Below, piece by piece: positions 28,375 through 37,604 of a stretch of 64,000 nt of DNA. The DNA is from a virus. The translations under genes and the position numbers were made by a program. Within the stretch, counting starts at the first letter, position 1. The number at the start of each line of letters is the position of its first letter. The notes under the pieces are model-generated. The model searched no databases. It had not been told where the DNA came from and was given only the letters and a program-made list of their open reading frames with translations. The stretch is from IMG/VR virus record IMGVR_UViG_3300027759_000051; one strand, 5' to 3'.

Positions 28375-28623
28375 TTAGCGGCCTAGCATCTCCTCTTTCT
28401 TGTCTCTAATGAACTCTGCTAAGTGGTCTTTATAGTCCTCAGACTCTAGGAAGGCCTGCTCATCTTCTCCAGTTGTTTCCGTAAAGTCTTCGCGGTGATA
28501 CGCGTAGTCTTCACTCTTTAGATAGATGTCTTCGTAAACGTCATAATCTTCCGCGGTGTTCCAGTCCTCACCTAAGTGGAACTCTTGTGCCCGTAGCCGA
28601 TTTATCTCTCGTACTTTATTCAT
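28375..28623 (-). CDS. Acidic hypothetical protein
   Basis: Promoter copy and SD. Confidence 0.65.
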   Translation of the reverse strand: MNKVREINRLRAQEFHLGEDWNTAEDYDVYEDIYLKSEDYAYHREDFTETTGEDEQAFLESEDYKDHLAEFIRDKKEEMLGR

Positions 28624-28729
28624 CGTGTCCCTTTCGTTTTTGCCTACGCGATAACTGTATCAGGTGGGTTAATCTATTCCGTATCCACGGGTATAGCTGG
28701 GCGCTCTACGTGGAGCCCCGATGGGGGAA

Positions 28730-28745
28730 TGTTCCACGTGGAACA
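28730..28745. promoter_or_regulatory. parS site (TGTTCCACGTGGAACA)
   Basis: Second identical perfect palindrome, between divergent promoters. Confidence 0.8.
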
Positions 28746-28786
28746 TAAAACTCGGTATAGGTTATTCGGGGTGATACAGTTTCAGT

Positions 28787-29020
28787 ATGAAGTAAAGCAA
28801 CCGCTAGCGAGTGGAGAGAAACCCTCTCGCCTAGTTCTTACACGACTCAGAAGTACCGTCGTCCCTTCGGGATAAGGCTCTCACTGCGACACTCCCTCCA
28901 GTTTTCTAGAAACTGCGACAGTCACTCCAATGAACCGTCCTCCTCTGATAAACGAGTCAGGCTGCTGGGGAGAGGACGCTCTCGGTGTGGGAATTGGGCG
29001 AGGGGGTTTTTCTTTACCCC
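28787..29020 (+). ncRNA. Promoter-driven structured non-coding RNA, unknown family
   Basis: Promoter copy 28751-28780; only an ATG-AAG-TAA mini-ORF; 28811-28843 pairs with 28985-29017 (33 bp, 8 G.U, no mismatches); three internal hairpins. Confidence 0.8.
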
Positions 29021-29103
29021 AGTCGGGGCTTACGGTTCGAGTGTCTCGAGCTCTTGGTGGACACGATTTCGGAATAGGTTATACGCCATGATACAGTTTC
29101 AGT

Positions 29104-29298
29104 ATGAGCAAGAAAAAGATTGACCAAGAAGTCCTTATCAGAATCCTCAACATCTTGAACAAAGAAGATGCTGACGTAGAGGCAAGGATTGCAAATAGCA
29201 CACTCCTCGTTTACGGGGAATACGACGGAAGCTACCCTTACCGTATGGGTGCAGCGATTGCTGTTGCCAAGATGGCTCTTGAGTCAGCTTCCGCCTAG
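29104..29298 (+). CDS. Leaderless hypothetical protein
   Basis: TACAGT-N6-ATG. Confidence 0.65.
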   Translation: MSKKKIDQEVLIRILNILNKEDADVEARIANSTLLVYGEYDGSYPYRMGAAIAVAKMALESASA

Positions 29299-31203
29299 CA
29301 GGGACATCACCAACTGAGAAACCGACTCCACCTCGGCTACTCCACCATCTACCGCAGCGTTTACCACTCCGCGCTTTCGCTCGATCAGTGAATATATTTC
29401 CTCATCGAGCGTCCCGGACGCGAGCATATATGTCGCGGTGACGCTGCCCTTCTGTCCTAATCTATGGCATCTACTGTATGTTTGATCCACATCAGCTGGT
29501 GTCCAGGGCAACTCGACAAACAGCACTTCCTGGGCCGCGGTTAAAGTATGCCCGGTCTTTGCAGCTTGTATAGATAAAACAATTACCGGGGCTTCAGCTG
29601 CAGATAATTCTTGGAATTTCTTTTTTTGTTCCTCGACATCAGCTACGTCCATTCCGCCCTGGATACGCAAATTGCCGAATTTATTCGCTAAATCATTGAC
29701 TACTTCTCGATGGTGGGCCGCAATAACTACTTTCTTGCCTTCATTTATTCTTTCCTGGACCCATTCCTCGATCACCGGCATTTTCGCTCGAGCTGAAAGG
29801 CGGCGTAAAACAGATAAACGAACCAGGTGTTCGTTACTTTCTGCTTTTATTTTAGCTATTACCGCAGCTGATGCCGGGCTAAGGCCGAGCTCTCGAGCTA
29901 TCTCTCGAGCCCGGTCTTGTAAATATTTAATTATATCTTTTTCTGCTTTTTTGTACTCGACTAACCCGGCAGCTGTACCCTCTACAAGCAGTGGACTATG
30001 TATTACCGGGGGCAATTCGAGCAATACCTGGTCTTTTGTTCGGCGGATATAACACATTCCGCGCAGTCTTTCATTTAATTCGTCGAGGTGAGAGTGCCCG
30101 GATATATTCCATTGTCCGAAATTGTCCTGGTAAGCTCCGCAATAGCGGCGGTAAAAACCCCAGAGGCCGCCAAATTCTTTTAATTTTCCTAATATTTCTA
30201 GCTGAGCTGCATACTCAGCCGGGCGATTAGTTACTGGTGTCCCGGTCAAACAAAGAACAATGCCATCTTTCGGCGCGCTCTTAGCTATTTTCTGCGCGCT
30301 CTTGGTTCGCTTGGCCGTGGTTGTTTTACAGTAGTGGCTCTCATCAAATACATAAGAACGGTGTTTTGCTAATTCTTTCTCCCATTTCGTAATGTTACTG
30401 TAACCAACTACGACAACATCATAGGTTCCAGTCTCCGGGAACTCTTTTCTATTCATAACTACGGATACTTTTCTCCCCGGAAGCCATCTCGAGTATTCAG
30501 CTTGCCAGTTAAGCACCAGGGACGGTGGGCATACGACTACAGCCGGGTAGGAGTCCCAAACATATTCGAGGGTAGCTATAGCTTGTATCGTTTTACCCAG
30601 GCCCATTTCATCTGCAATAAATGTTCTTCGAGCACTAGCTGCGTACTGTATCCCGGCTTTTTGATACGGCAGCAACTGCCCGCGCAGGCCCGGGACATCA
30701 ATATCCGCGTCAGTAGACCTGGAAGACTCCCGGAGTTTCTCGAGATTTTCTTTTATATTTGCTGCTAAATAATATATTTCTTCATCAACCGGGATCGAGA
30801 ACGACTCCGCCCAGGAGATAACTTCTGCAGCTGAAGCTACCGGGACGCGCCAAAATGAATTATTCGAGTCCCAGGTGACGCCCGGTATCTGTTTAATTGC
30901 TTTTATTACCACGCGCTCGTATGGAACCCTAAGGCAGATCTGCCCATTGTTGATAAAGGTTGTATTACCCGGTTTCTTTTTATTGATTGTAAGCAATAAA
31001 ACTTCATTATCTATATTAAATCTATTGGCAGCTGCAAAACCTCTGGCCTCTTCGAGCGAAGATATTGGAACTTTCCATATTTTTGTTACTCGATCAAACT
31101 TCGCGCCATTTATTTTTTTAATATCAGCTACTTGGGCCGCATCATAAGGGAAATCCAGGCCCAGGTAATCATTTCCTAGAAATAATCGCATATGGAACAT
31201 CAT
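29284..31203 (-). CDS. SNF2/SMARCAL1-like helicase with N-terminal HARP-like repeats
   Basis: ADEMGLGKT, DESH, LTGTP, SRCHRLGQ; two N-terminal 'PY....IK.I.G..(W/F)D....W.VP' repeats. Confidence 0.9.
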   Translation of the reverse strand: MMFHMRLFLGNDYLGLDFPYDAAQVADIKKINGAKFDRVTKIWKVPISSLEEARGFAAANRFNIDNEVLLLTINKKKPGNTTFINNGQICLRVPYERVVIKAIKQIPGVTWDSNNSFWRVPVASAAEVISWAESFSIPVDEEIYYLAANIKENLEKLRESSRSTDADIDVPGLRGQLLPYQKAGIQYAASARRTFIADEMGLGKTIQAIATLEYVWDSYPAVVVCPPSLVLNWQAEYSRWLPGRKVSVVMNRKEFPETGTYDVVVVGYSNITKWEKELAKHRSYVFDESHYCKTTTAKRTKSAQKIAKSAPKDGIVLCLTGTPVTNRPAEYAAQLEILGKLKEFGGLWGFYRRYCGAYQDNFGQWNISGHSHLDELNERLRGMCYIRRTKDQVLLELPPVIHSPLLVEGTAAGLVEYKKAEKDIIKYLQDRAREIARELGLSPASAAVIAKIKAESNEHLVRLSVLRRLSARAKMPVIEEWVQERINEGKKVVIAAHHREVVNDLANKFGNLRIQGGMDVADVEEQKKKFQELSAAEAPVIVLSIQAAKTGHTLTAAQEVLFVELPWTPADVDQTYSRCHRLGQKGSVTATYMLASGTLDEEIYSLIERKRGVVNAAVDGGVAEVESVSQLVMSLLGGS

Positions 31204-31222
31204 AGCCGTGTACCCTATCCCT

Positions 31223-31453
31223 ATGGACAAAAATGAAGAATATGACATTGATGATCTGAAGGCGCAGCTAGCTCTGACCGTGCGTTACGTTAGCGTTCTC
31301 CAGGAGAAGGTAAAGGAGCTTGAGAAGTGGCGTATGTCTTTGACCCCATCTAAGACTGTATTTAGTGACTTCTCAAACACTGACTCGACCCGTGGTAGTA
31401 GGCTTGGTAAATCCATAGCAGATGTAACTAACTACCCACACATAACCGAGTAA
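31223..31453 (+). CDS. Hypothetical coiled-coil protein
   Basis: Leaderless TACCCT-N6-ATG. Confidence 0.5.
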   Translation: MDKNEEYDIDDLKAQLALTVRYVSVLQEKVKELEKWRMSLTPSKTVFSDFSNTDSTRGSRLGKSIADVTNYPHITE

Positions 31454-31530
31454 GCGCTTTAATTCACTAAGGCTAGGTATAGGTTATTTAGTGCTGTAAT
31501 GTTGGGGTACACCGATAGAAGGGGAATGAA

Positions 31531-31707
31531 ATGCAGGATTACCTTTACCCAACAATGGCTAGAGTGAATGCTTTTAACATCATCACGGGCAGTATGGATA
31601 CGCTGTGGTTTGATACGTTTGCTGAAGCGCTTTCATACGCTGATACAAATGGCAAAGGTGGAGAAGTTCTATTCTCACCAATCGTGGTAACTGAAGTATC
31701 ACGCTAA
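31531..31707 (+). CDS. 58-aa protein (not in ORF track)
   Basis: Promoter copy at 31473, GAAGGGG SD, terminator at ~31720-31758. Confidence 0.65.
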   Translation: MQDYLYPTMARVNAFNIITGSMDTLWFDTFAEALSYADTNGKGGEVLFSPIVVTEVSR

Positions 31708-31822
31708 CAACCCTCACGGTAACGGGATCAGGGAACTAGCCTGGTCCCGTTATTTTTATGCCCAATCCCAGGCCCTACCGCAGTATCCAAATACCGAGGT
31801 AAATTAAGGTAAGATACCCGGT

Positions 31823-32026
31823 ATGAACAAGACGTATGAAGTATTTGAGCAGCTAGTAGAAAAAACTTTTCCCGGAGATGGTTCTCGATATGGGAAACAT
31901 TGGTTTAATATTCTTTTTTCAGTTCGCCCGGATATAGCTAACGAGTTGCGTGGAACTCACCTCGACCCGGTTAATCGAGACATTATTTCAGATGAGCTAC
32001 GCAGTTTCACACTAAATAATTGGTAA
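31823..32026 (+). CDS. Hypothetical protein
   Basis: 'RYG..WFN.L..VRP.IA..LRGT..DP' motif seen in actinophage proteins. Confidence 0.65.
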   Translation: MNKTYEVFEQLVEKTFPGDGSRYGKHWFNILFSVRPDIANELRGTHLDPVNRDIISDELRSFTLNNW

Positions 32027-32030
32027 TTGA

Positions 32031-32492
32031 TTATTCTTTTCCGGGCTGCTCCGCGTCTGGATCAGATGCGCTTGCCGGGGTCATCAGCTCATCAGCTATT
32101 TGTTTTGCGTATTTTCTACGCAGTTTCCATATTTTCGAGTTCATTTCGTCCATTGTTGAGGAAGCTCGAGCCCGCGCAATCGCGTGCCTGTCATAAACGC
32201 CGTATTTATTAAATAAAATATCGTCAATATCGGAGTTCTCGAGAATTATGTCGCTTATCCACCCGGCTTTGCGGTCCATTACCATCATCATTTCACAAAA
32301 GCCCTCGTAACCGAACTCCTCATAGAGCCTATCGGCGAGAATCGTGCAGAAATGTTTTCTATAAAGGTTTTCAGCGTCTACACTGGCCGTCATAAACTCA
32401 CTCAGCCATAGCGCAAGCTCTTCCCGTGGTCGCTTGTGATCATCTTGATCTTCATCTTCGTCAAAGAATTCGTAGAATTCGTTCTCGCTCAC
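32031..32492 (-). CDS. Hypothetical protein
   Basis: 153-aa ORF, GGAAGGTG SD. Confidence 0.65.
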   Translation of the reverse strand: MSENEFYEFFDEDEDQDDHKRPREELALWLSEFMTASVDAENLYRKHFCTILADRLYEEFGYEGFCEMMMVMDRKAGWISDIILENSDIDDILFNKYGVYDRHAIARARASSTMDEMNSKIWKLRRKYAKQIADELMTPASASDPDAEQPGKE

Positions 32493-32540
32493 TTAGATCA
32501 CCTTCCACTAGGTACACAACAAGCATACATTTGCTGTATT

Positions 32541-33566
32541 TTATGTTAATGCCAATATGAATGCCTGGGCAGTATTCTTTTTCTGAGTAACAATAGAGGT
32601 TGTACTCATAGACGCGAGTGCGCGCTCATCACCATCTGCGTCTCGATAATGATCAAGATACTCGACAATCGCATTATAAGCTGACCAACCCGTATAACCA
32701 AATCCCCCGGCATTTCTTTCATTATCATACAGGGCGCGGACGGTAGATAGTATTTGTTCTCTGTTTCTCCGCTGCCTATCAGTTTCTTTTGGCTTTTCCG
32801 GGAAAACAGTCTCGATTAAATCAGAAAACTGCTTACTTGAACCCGGCATATTTACGGAAAGCATTTTTTTTGCTGCTGCTTGGAAGGAGATTGCCCAAGC
32901 TGTTGATATTTTAAGAACTTCTTGGGCTTCTTCCATTGCAGTTTCTGCGTTTCTTGTGTGGCGCGCTGTGAACACGCGCTGCGCATTCATCATTCCAGCT
33001 ATAACTGTATTTTTACACACTGCTCGAATGCTTGTATTTGCGAATGTTATTGCAGTTTTGCCATCGTGGCCGTTCCTGACGAGCAAATATCTATCAATTT
33101 TGTCATTTATTCCTGCCGGGTCAATTACTAAGCTGCCCAAATCTATCGAGGCAAAGAATTCTCGACCACCATCGAGGACTCCACAGGTATCAACAACAGC
33201 ATCTCCATTTGCTGCGCCCACTACAGCTAGTGCGCTCTCTAAACACTCTTTATTCTGCTGGACAACGTACCGCGTACCCACAGTAGCTAACCCATCAAAT
33301 GATCCATCAGGATTAACTCTTACCGTAGCTCTGCTGTCATCAATGATTACTGGCTTCCCGTCAGGGTTTCTTATGAACTCTCCATTGGCATCAACCGCAG
33401 CAACTGCCGTAGTGACTACATCAAAGTCTGCTTGCGCAGCAGAGAGCATTTCCCCGGCTGTCTGAAGGCCGTTCATACGCGTGCCAAGCCTATGCCAAGG
33501 TATTTCTCTATCGGCATAAGCCATTTTCGCTATACCTGACTTAGTGATCTCTAGCCTGTGTGCCAT
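32541..33566 (-). CDS. DUF932 family phage/plasmid-like protein
   Basis: 'PWHRLG', 'Y.VVQN', 'N.HDG', 'IRAVC.NT', 'RHT', 'W.AYNA..EY.DH'. Confidence 0.85.
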   Translation of the reverse strand: MAHRLEITKSGIAKMAYADREIPWHRLGTRMNGLQTAGEMLSAAQADFDVVTTAVAAVDANGEFIRNPDGKPVIIDDSRATVRVNPDGSFDGLATVGTRYVVQQNKECLESALAVVGAANGDAVVDTCGVLDGGREFFASIDLGSLVIDPAGINDKIDRYLLVRNGHDGKTAITFANTSIRAVCKNTVIAGMMNAQRVFTARHTRNAETAMEEAQEVLKISTAWAISFQAAAKKMLSVNMPGSSKQFSDLIETVFPEKPKETDRQRRNREQILSTVRALYDNERNAGGFGYTGWSAYNAIVEYLDHYRDADGDERALASMSTTSIVTQKKNTAQAFILALT

Positions 33567-33687
33567 ATCGAGTGTTTCTCTCTGTACTGTTTATATAGAT
33601 TTATCTAAAACAATACTTTGCGCACACATATGCAAGGTAGAACTAATGAAAATACATCTGACCATAGAGCACCAGGCCCCATAGCTA

Positions 33688-34461
33688 CTAGCCTCCGTAG
33701 ATAGACCAGTTGCGCAACTTGCCTGAACTATTCTCCATAATCCATTTGGCAACTTTTAGGTTGCAGTCTGCTTTAAGCAAAGCCTCAAGATCCCGACGAA
33801 ATGAACCCGTATCAACTTTGCAGACTTCACGAACAGTACTAACCCACGAGGAGTTTATTTGCACTAATCCGCTGTCCCAAGTTCCGTTGTTGTTAAGTGT
33901 GTAGGTCAATTGACCTTTACTGTTCCAACGAGCATTAACTGCTTTGGGGTTACATTTACTTTCTCGGTAAGCAATATACGAAAACACCTCCACGGGGAGT
34001 CCGTATTCCTTGAACTTTGCTTCCCATTTTGGGCAGCGTAAAGTCTTATCACTAGGAAAACGTGGACCCGTTGATGCTTTGTACACAACTGCTGGAACGT
34101 GCTTGATAGACATATCACGGGTAGACAAAGCATATATGTGTGCTTTTCTTGTCGCTGACCCGTAGTACCCGTCTACTTTCACATTCCAAAGTAAACTCTG
34201 AAGGTTCCTCACAGAGTCGCTACGTTCACCAAACTTATAAGTCTTGCTTATAGCGCTTTGTATCTTTCGTTCTCTTGCTTGCGTTTCTACGCTCGCAGAT
34301 GAAACAGGGTGAGAACTAGAGGAAACTTCACTGATTGATAAGAGCGCTGGAACGCTCGCCACCACCTTTCCGCCCAATGGTTTTGCTTCCGAAACATTCG
34401 GCGTTAGCAAACCAAGCAGTAGTGCGAATAATGCAGTAGCCAATACAGTGTTTTTTCTCAA
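33688..34461 (-). CDS. Secreted peptidoglycan-binding + lytic transglycosylase (SLT-like) protein
   Basis: Signal peptide; 'LQ.LL...VDG.YG..T' PGBD; 'IAYRESKCNP.A.N...D.GL.QIN'. Confidence 0.85.
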   Translation of the reverse strand: MRKNTVLATALFALLLGLLTPNVSEAKPLGGKVVASVPALLSISEVSSSSHPVSSASVETQARERKIQSAISKTYKFGERSDSVRNLQSLLWNVKVDGYYGSATRKAHIYALSTRDMSIKHVPAVVYKASTGPRFPSDKTLRCPKWEAKFKEYGLPVEVFSYIAYRESKCNPKAVNARWNSKGQLTYTLNNNGTWDSGLVQINSSWVSTVREVCKVDTGSFRRDLEALLKADCNLKVAKWIMENSSGKLRNWSIYGG

Positions 34462-34592
34462 TGCTTTTCTCCTTACTCAGTGGATAGAACGCACTCTTTT
34501 AATAGCGAGTGATTAGTGCAGTAAGTAGTATCAAGTTTATCAAATAATAACGTCGGATTAGGGTATTGCTGTATTCAGATCAAGCAATAAGC

Positions 34593-34862
34593 TCAGTCTT
34601 TTGACAATATCCCCTCCATAAAGGGAATTACGCCAGCAATATCTGCTGTTATTTTTACAATAAATGTATTCTCTCCCTCAACGCTGATGAGTTCAGGCTT
34701 AAAACTATCCCATAGAACCCAAGTGAGATCTTGGCAATCAAGCAGTAAATCTTCTTTCTGATCTTCATCTACTGCATCATCTTCTTGGTATAGGAACCAA
34801 AACATACCACCCGCAAGGTGATCAACAATCTTTTCTTTTGCTTCATTGTCTGAGGTGCTCAT
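34593..34862 (-). CDS. Acidic hypothetical protein
   Basis: Start reset to MSTSDNE. Confidence 0.55.
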   Translation of the reverse strand: MSTSDNEAKEKIVDHLAGGMFWFLYQEDDAVDEDQKEDLLLDCQDLTWVLWDSFKPELISVEGENTFIVKITADIAGVIPFMEGILSKD

Positions 34863-34974
34863 AGGTAAAACCTTAGCACCAAAACTGTTGGTTGCAACCT
34901 CACGAGAGTGCTGATAGAGTGACTGATGTCCCAAAAGGACACTAAGGTAAACACACAAAAAACAAGGAGATCAG

Positions 34975-35415
34975 ATGAACCCATCACCGACTGTGCTTAT
35001 AGGAAATATAACACAAGACCCGGAACTTACGTTTACATCAAATGGACAAGCCCGTTTAGGTTTTTCTATTGCGTGCAATTACGTATGGTACGACCAAGCT
35101 GGAGAAAAGCAAGAAAAAGTTTCTTACTTTAATATCGTAGCTTGGCGTTATGTAGCAGAAAACGCAGGGAGAGTTCTTGAGAAAGGACTTGGCGTTGTAG
35201 TTATGGGCCGCCTTGAGCAGCGCTCATACGAAACAAAAGAAGGCGAAAAGCGCTCGACTGTAGAGCTTGTTGCAGATGAAATTGCAATCAACGCGCGCAG
35301 TATCGAGGAAGTCGTACGTCGCAAGAAGTCTGACGGAGAGCAAAGCTCAAACACCCGTCGCAAGACAACAGAGCGTGTTCCAGCTGCAGTTGGAGCTGAC
35401 GACGAACCGTTCTAA
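34975..35415 (+). CDS. ssb: Single-stranded DNA-binding protein
   Basis: OB-fold 'GN.T.DPEL.FT...W...AEN....L.KG..V.V.GRL.QRSYE', tail DDEPF. Confidence 0.95.
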   Translation: MNPSPTVLIGNITQDPELTFTSNGQARLGFSIACNYVWYDQAGEKQEKVSYFNIVAWRYVAENAGRVLEKGLGVVVMGRLEQRSYETKEGEKRSTVELVADEIAINARSIEEVVRRKKSDGEQSSNTRRKTTERVPAAVGADDEPF

Positions 35416-35435
35416 CCCGTAGTAAAAAATAACTA

Positions 35436-35476
35436 AATAAAAAACCCCCGGACAAATCGCCGGGGGTTTTTTTATT
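35436..35476. terminator. Bidirectional terminator
   Basis: AAAAAACCCCCGG...CCGGGGGTTTTTT between convergent genes. Confidence 0.85.
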
Positions 35477-35482
35477 TCTCTT

Positions 35483-35698
35483 TTATTTGTTGTCTTTGTA
35501 TACGCCCATTGCTTCAGCAATGATTACGTATGATGAGCTACTCGGGTTTATGTAATCAGATACTCGAAGTATTCCTTGCCCGTAGGTCGGATCCTTAACA
35601 AGTTTAAGCATCTCACCGTAAGTAATAACTCCTGCTTCTTTAGGGTTATCAGCTTCACAAACAACAGACCATTGTACTGTGTATTTTTTCTTCACCAT
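35483..35698 (-). CDS. Hypothetical protein
   Basis: AGGAG SD, overlap coupling. Confidence 0.55.
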   Translation of the reverse strand: MVKKKYTVQWSVVCEADNPKEAGVITYGEMLKLVKDPTYGQGILRVSDYINPSSSSYVIIAEAMGVYKDNK

Positions 35699-36132
35699 TC
35701 TCCTGCTCTAGTGCTGTTCGCTTTTCCTAAGTGACCTTTGTTCCTTGCTTGACGCACCCATCTGTTTACCGTTGTGACAGGGCGACCAGTTTTCTGTGCG
35801 AGGTATGGTTGTACTGGCAAGCCCATACGGTATGCCTCCCTGTATAACTCTGCAACTATTTTCAGTTGTTCATCACTGCCAATCCACTTCTTTGCTGTTA
35901 CTGGCTCAAGTCTGCTATCTGATGAAAGTTCACTGTGACGCATTGACCTAGTTACTGATGCAACTGGCAATGAACGTAAAAACTTTTGTGAAACTATTGC
36001 ATTGTCATCTACTGAGTTAATGGATACGCCAGTAACCTCAATGCGACCGTTTATTAGTGACGTAGTGAATGATGCTGTGAACTCATTCTTCCTATCGTCG
36101 TAGAGCGTGATGCTCTGTGTTTCTTTTGTCAT
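35692..36132 (-). CDS. HTH DNA-binding protein (DUF6214-like)
   Basis: 'VAELYREA...P....LAQ......TV.RWVRQAR..G.L'. Confidence 0.6.
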   Translation of the reverse strand: MTKETQSITLYDDRKNEFTASFTTSLINGRIEVTGVSINSVDDNAIVSQKFLRSLPVASVTRSMRHSELSSDSRLEPVTAKKWIGSDEQLKIVAELYREAYRMGLPVQPYLAQKTGRPVTTVNRWVRQARNKGHLGKANSTRAGEW

Positions 36133-36172
36133 TATTTATTCTCCTATGTTGGTGGCTTTGTATTACTTCAGT

Positions 36173-36466
36173 CTATGAGTTGATTATTGCTTTTGACATT
36201 CTTATTTTTTCTATTGTCTCATTATGTTCCTTCATCATTTTTGTTAGTTTTTCCCTTGAGGGAATGAGACCACTGCTACGTGCAAACATAATTTGCTTGG
36301 CGGCTGTTGAGACTGCAATGCCTAAAGACTGTGCGACTTCCCTCTGTGCTGAGACTCTGTTTACGTACGCCGTGAGGTATATCTCTGCAACTCTTTCTAG
36401 ATGTATGTCTGAATGCTTCTTACCTTGACTCACTTCTTTCTCCAATCGGTAAGTTTCTTTTCCCAC
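36173..36466 (-). CDS. HTH DNA-binding protein, paralog of 35692-36132
   Basis: 'VAEIY..A......VAQ.LGI..STA.K.I..AR..GL'. Confidence 0.6.
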   Translation of the reverse strand: MGKETYRLEKEVSQGKKHSDIHLERVAEIYLTAYVNRVSAQREVAQSLGIAVSTAAKQIMFARSSGLIPSREKLTKMMKEHNETIEKIRMSKAIINS

Positions 36467-36773
36467 TGCAACATCGCTTCTTCACTTCCGCATTGCGAGC
36501 AGATCTCTGTCACGTTGTCGAGGCGTGATATCGCTCCGGGATATTCTCCCGGCGCTGCATTGCTTGGTATCCACCCGTAGCAACGTGGGCAAATGTTTGG
36601 TACTTTCATTTAGTAGTTCCTTTCGTCGTATTCGTCTACTGAAACAACTTCTATCATTGCGCCTTCTTCTAGTTTCCATTTAATAAATGACGCTGCCTCT
36701 GCAGCGTCAAGCGGTGCATCTAAGTCGTGCCTCTGTGACACTTTTACAATGAACGTATATTCTTTCATATCTA

Positions 36774-37067
36774 TTACTCCCTTTCCATAGTGAATGTTAT
36801 TACTTCTCCGATACTCAAGTCAATACCATATTGCTTAACTATGTCATCTACTGCTTGACCTATGTGACCATCACAGTTTGCTTCAGTCATTGACCACACT
36901 GTGTCATTCGCTTCAGCCATTACGCTCTTTCCATTGCAAGAGTATGCGAGATCATTCTGTGACAATGCTTTACCAATAAAGAACGCTGATAGAACAACTG
37001 CTACCAAGAGAGTTGTGCGAACTGATGAACGAATGATGTAGTAGGTATTGCTGTGGTGTGTTTTCAT
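36774..37067 (-). CDS. TM + LysM-like protein
   Basis: N-terminal TM; 'A..NDTVWS.........V..I......L.IG.VI'. Confidence 0.6.
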   Translation of the reverse strand: MKTHHSNTYYIIRSSVRTTLLVAVVLSAFFIGKALSQNDLAYSCNGKSVMAEANDTVWSMTEANCDGHIGQAVDDIVKQYGIDLSIGEVITFTMERE

Positions 37068-37071
37068 ATAT

Positions 37072-37278
37072 TTACTCTATGCCACTTAGCATACCTATGT
37101 CAAGCATTGTTTGCTCTGTGAAGTGCCAATACTTTATGTCTCTGCCATTGCACTCAGGGCATAGGCATTCGAGTCCCACTGTCCAGCCATCGCTGATCAT
37201 ACGTCTGTATACCTCTAGCGCGGATAGGTGCTGTTCTCTGTGCTCAGCTTTGCACCTTGCACACACTGCTGCGGTCAT
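37072..37278 (-). CDS. Zn-finger protein
   Basis: CxxC...CPEC. Confidence 0.55.
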   Translation of the reverse strand: MTAAVCARCKAEHREQHLSALEVYRRMISDGWTVGLECLCPECNGRDIKYWHFTEQTMLDIGMLSGIE

Positions 37279-37604
37279 ACCCGTATGCCACCCGTGAGGC
37301 TTCGGCTGTAGGTGTGTTGATCTGCTTCGCTCTCTCCTAGCTTTACGCCATCAAAGAATGCATCTGCTTGCAGACGGTCATAGTTTCGTGGTGGCTCAAG
37401 CACTACGGCTACTTCATACGCAATGCGAACGCCTAGATAGAACGCACTCCTGAGATCAGAGTTATCGCATCTATCTGCATCTCTGTAGTTGATCTCTGCT
37501 GCGACCTTCCATATCTCTAGTTGTTCTTGTGTTGGTTCTCTATCGCTTTCGCCTTGCAGTAACGTGGTGACGTACTGATCTACTTCTGTGTATGTGGTAT
37601 GCAT
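37275..37604 (-). CDS. Hypothetical protein
   Basis: Coupled operon, AAGGAG SD. Confidence 0.6.
   Translation of the reverse strand: MHTTYTEVDQYVTTLLQGESDREPTQEQLEIWKVAAEINYRDADRCDNSDLRSAFYLGVRIAYEVAVVLEPPRNYDRLQADAFFDGVKLGESEADQHTYSRSLTGGIRV

Noticed and set aside
28787-29020. The ncRNA as a retron msr-msd or DGR element
   Set aside because: The terminal inverted repeats are reminiscent, but no reverse transcriptase or TR/VR pair is seen in the window.
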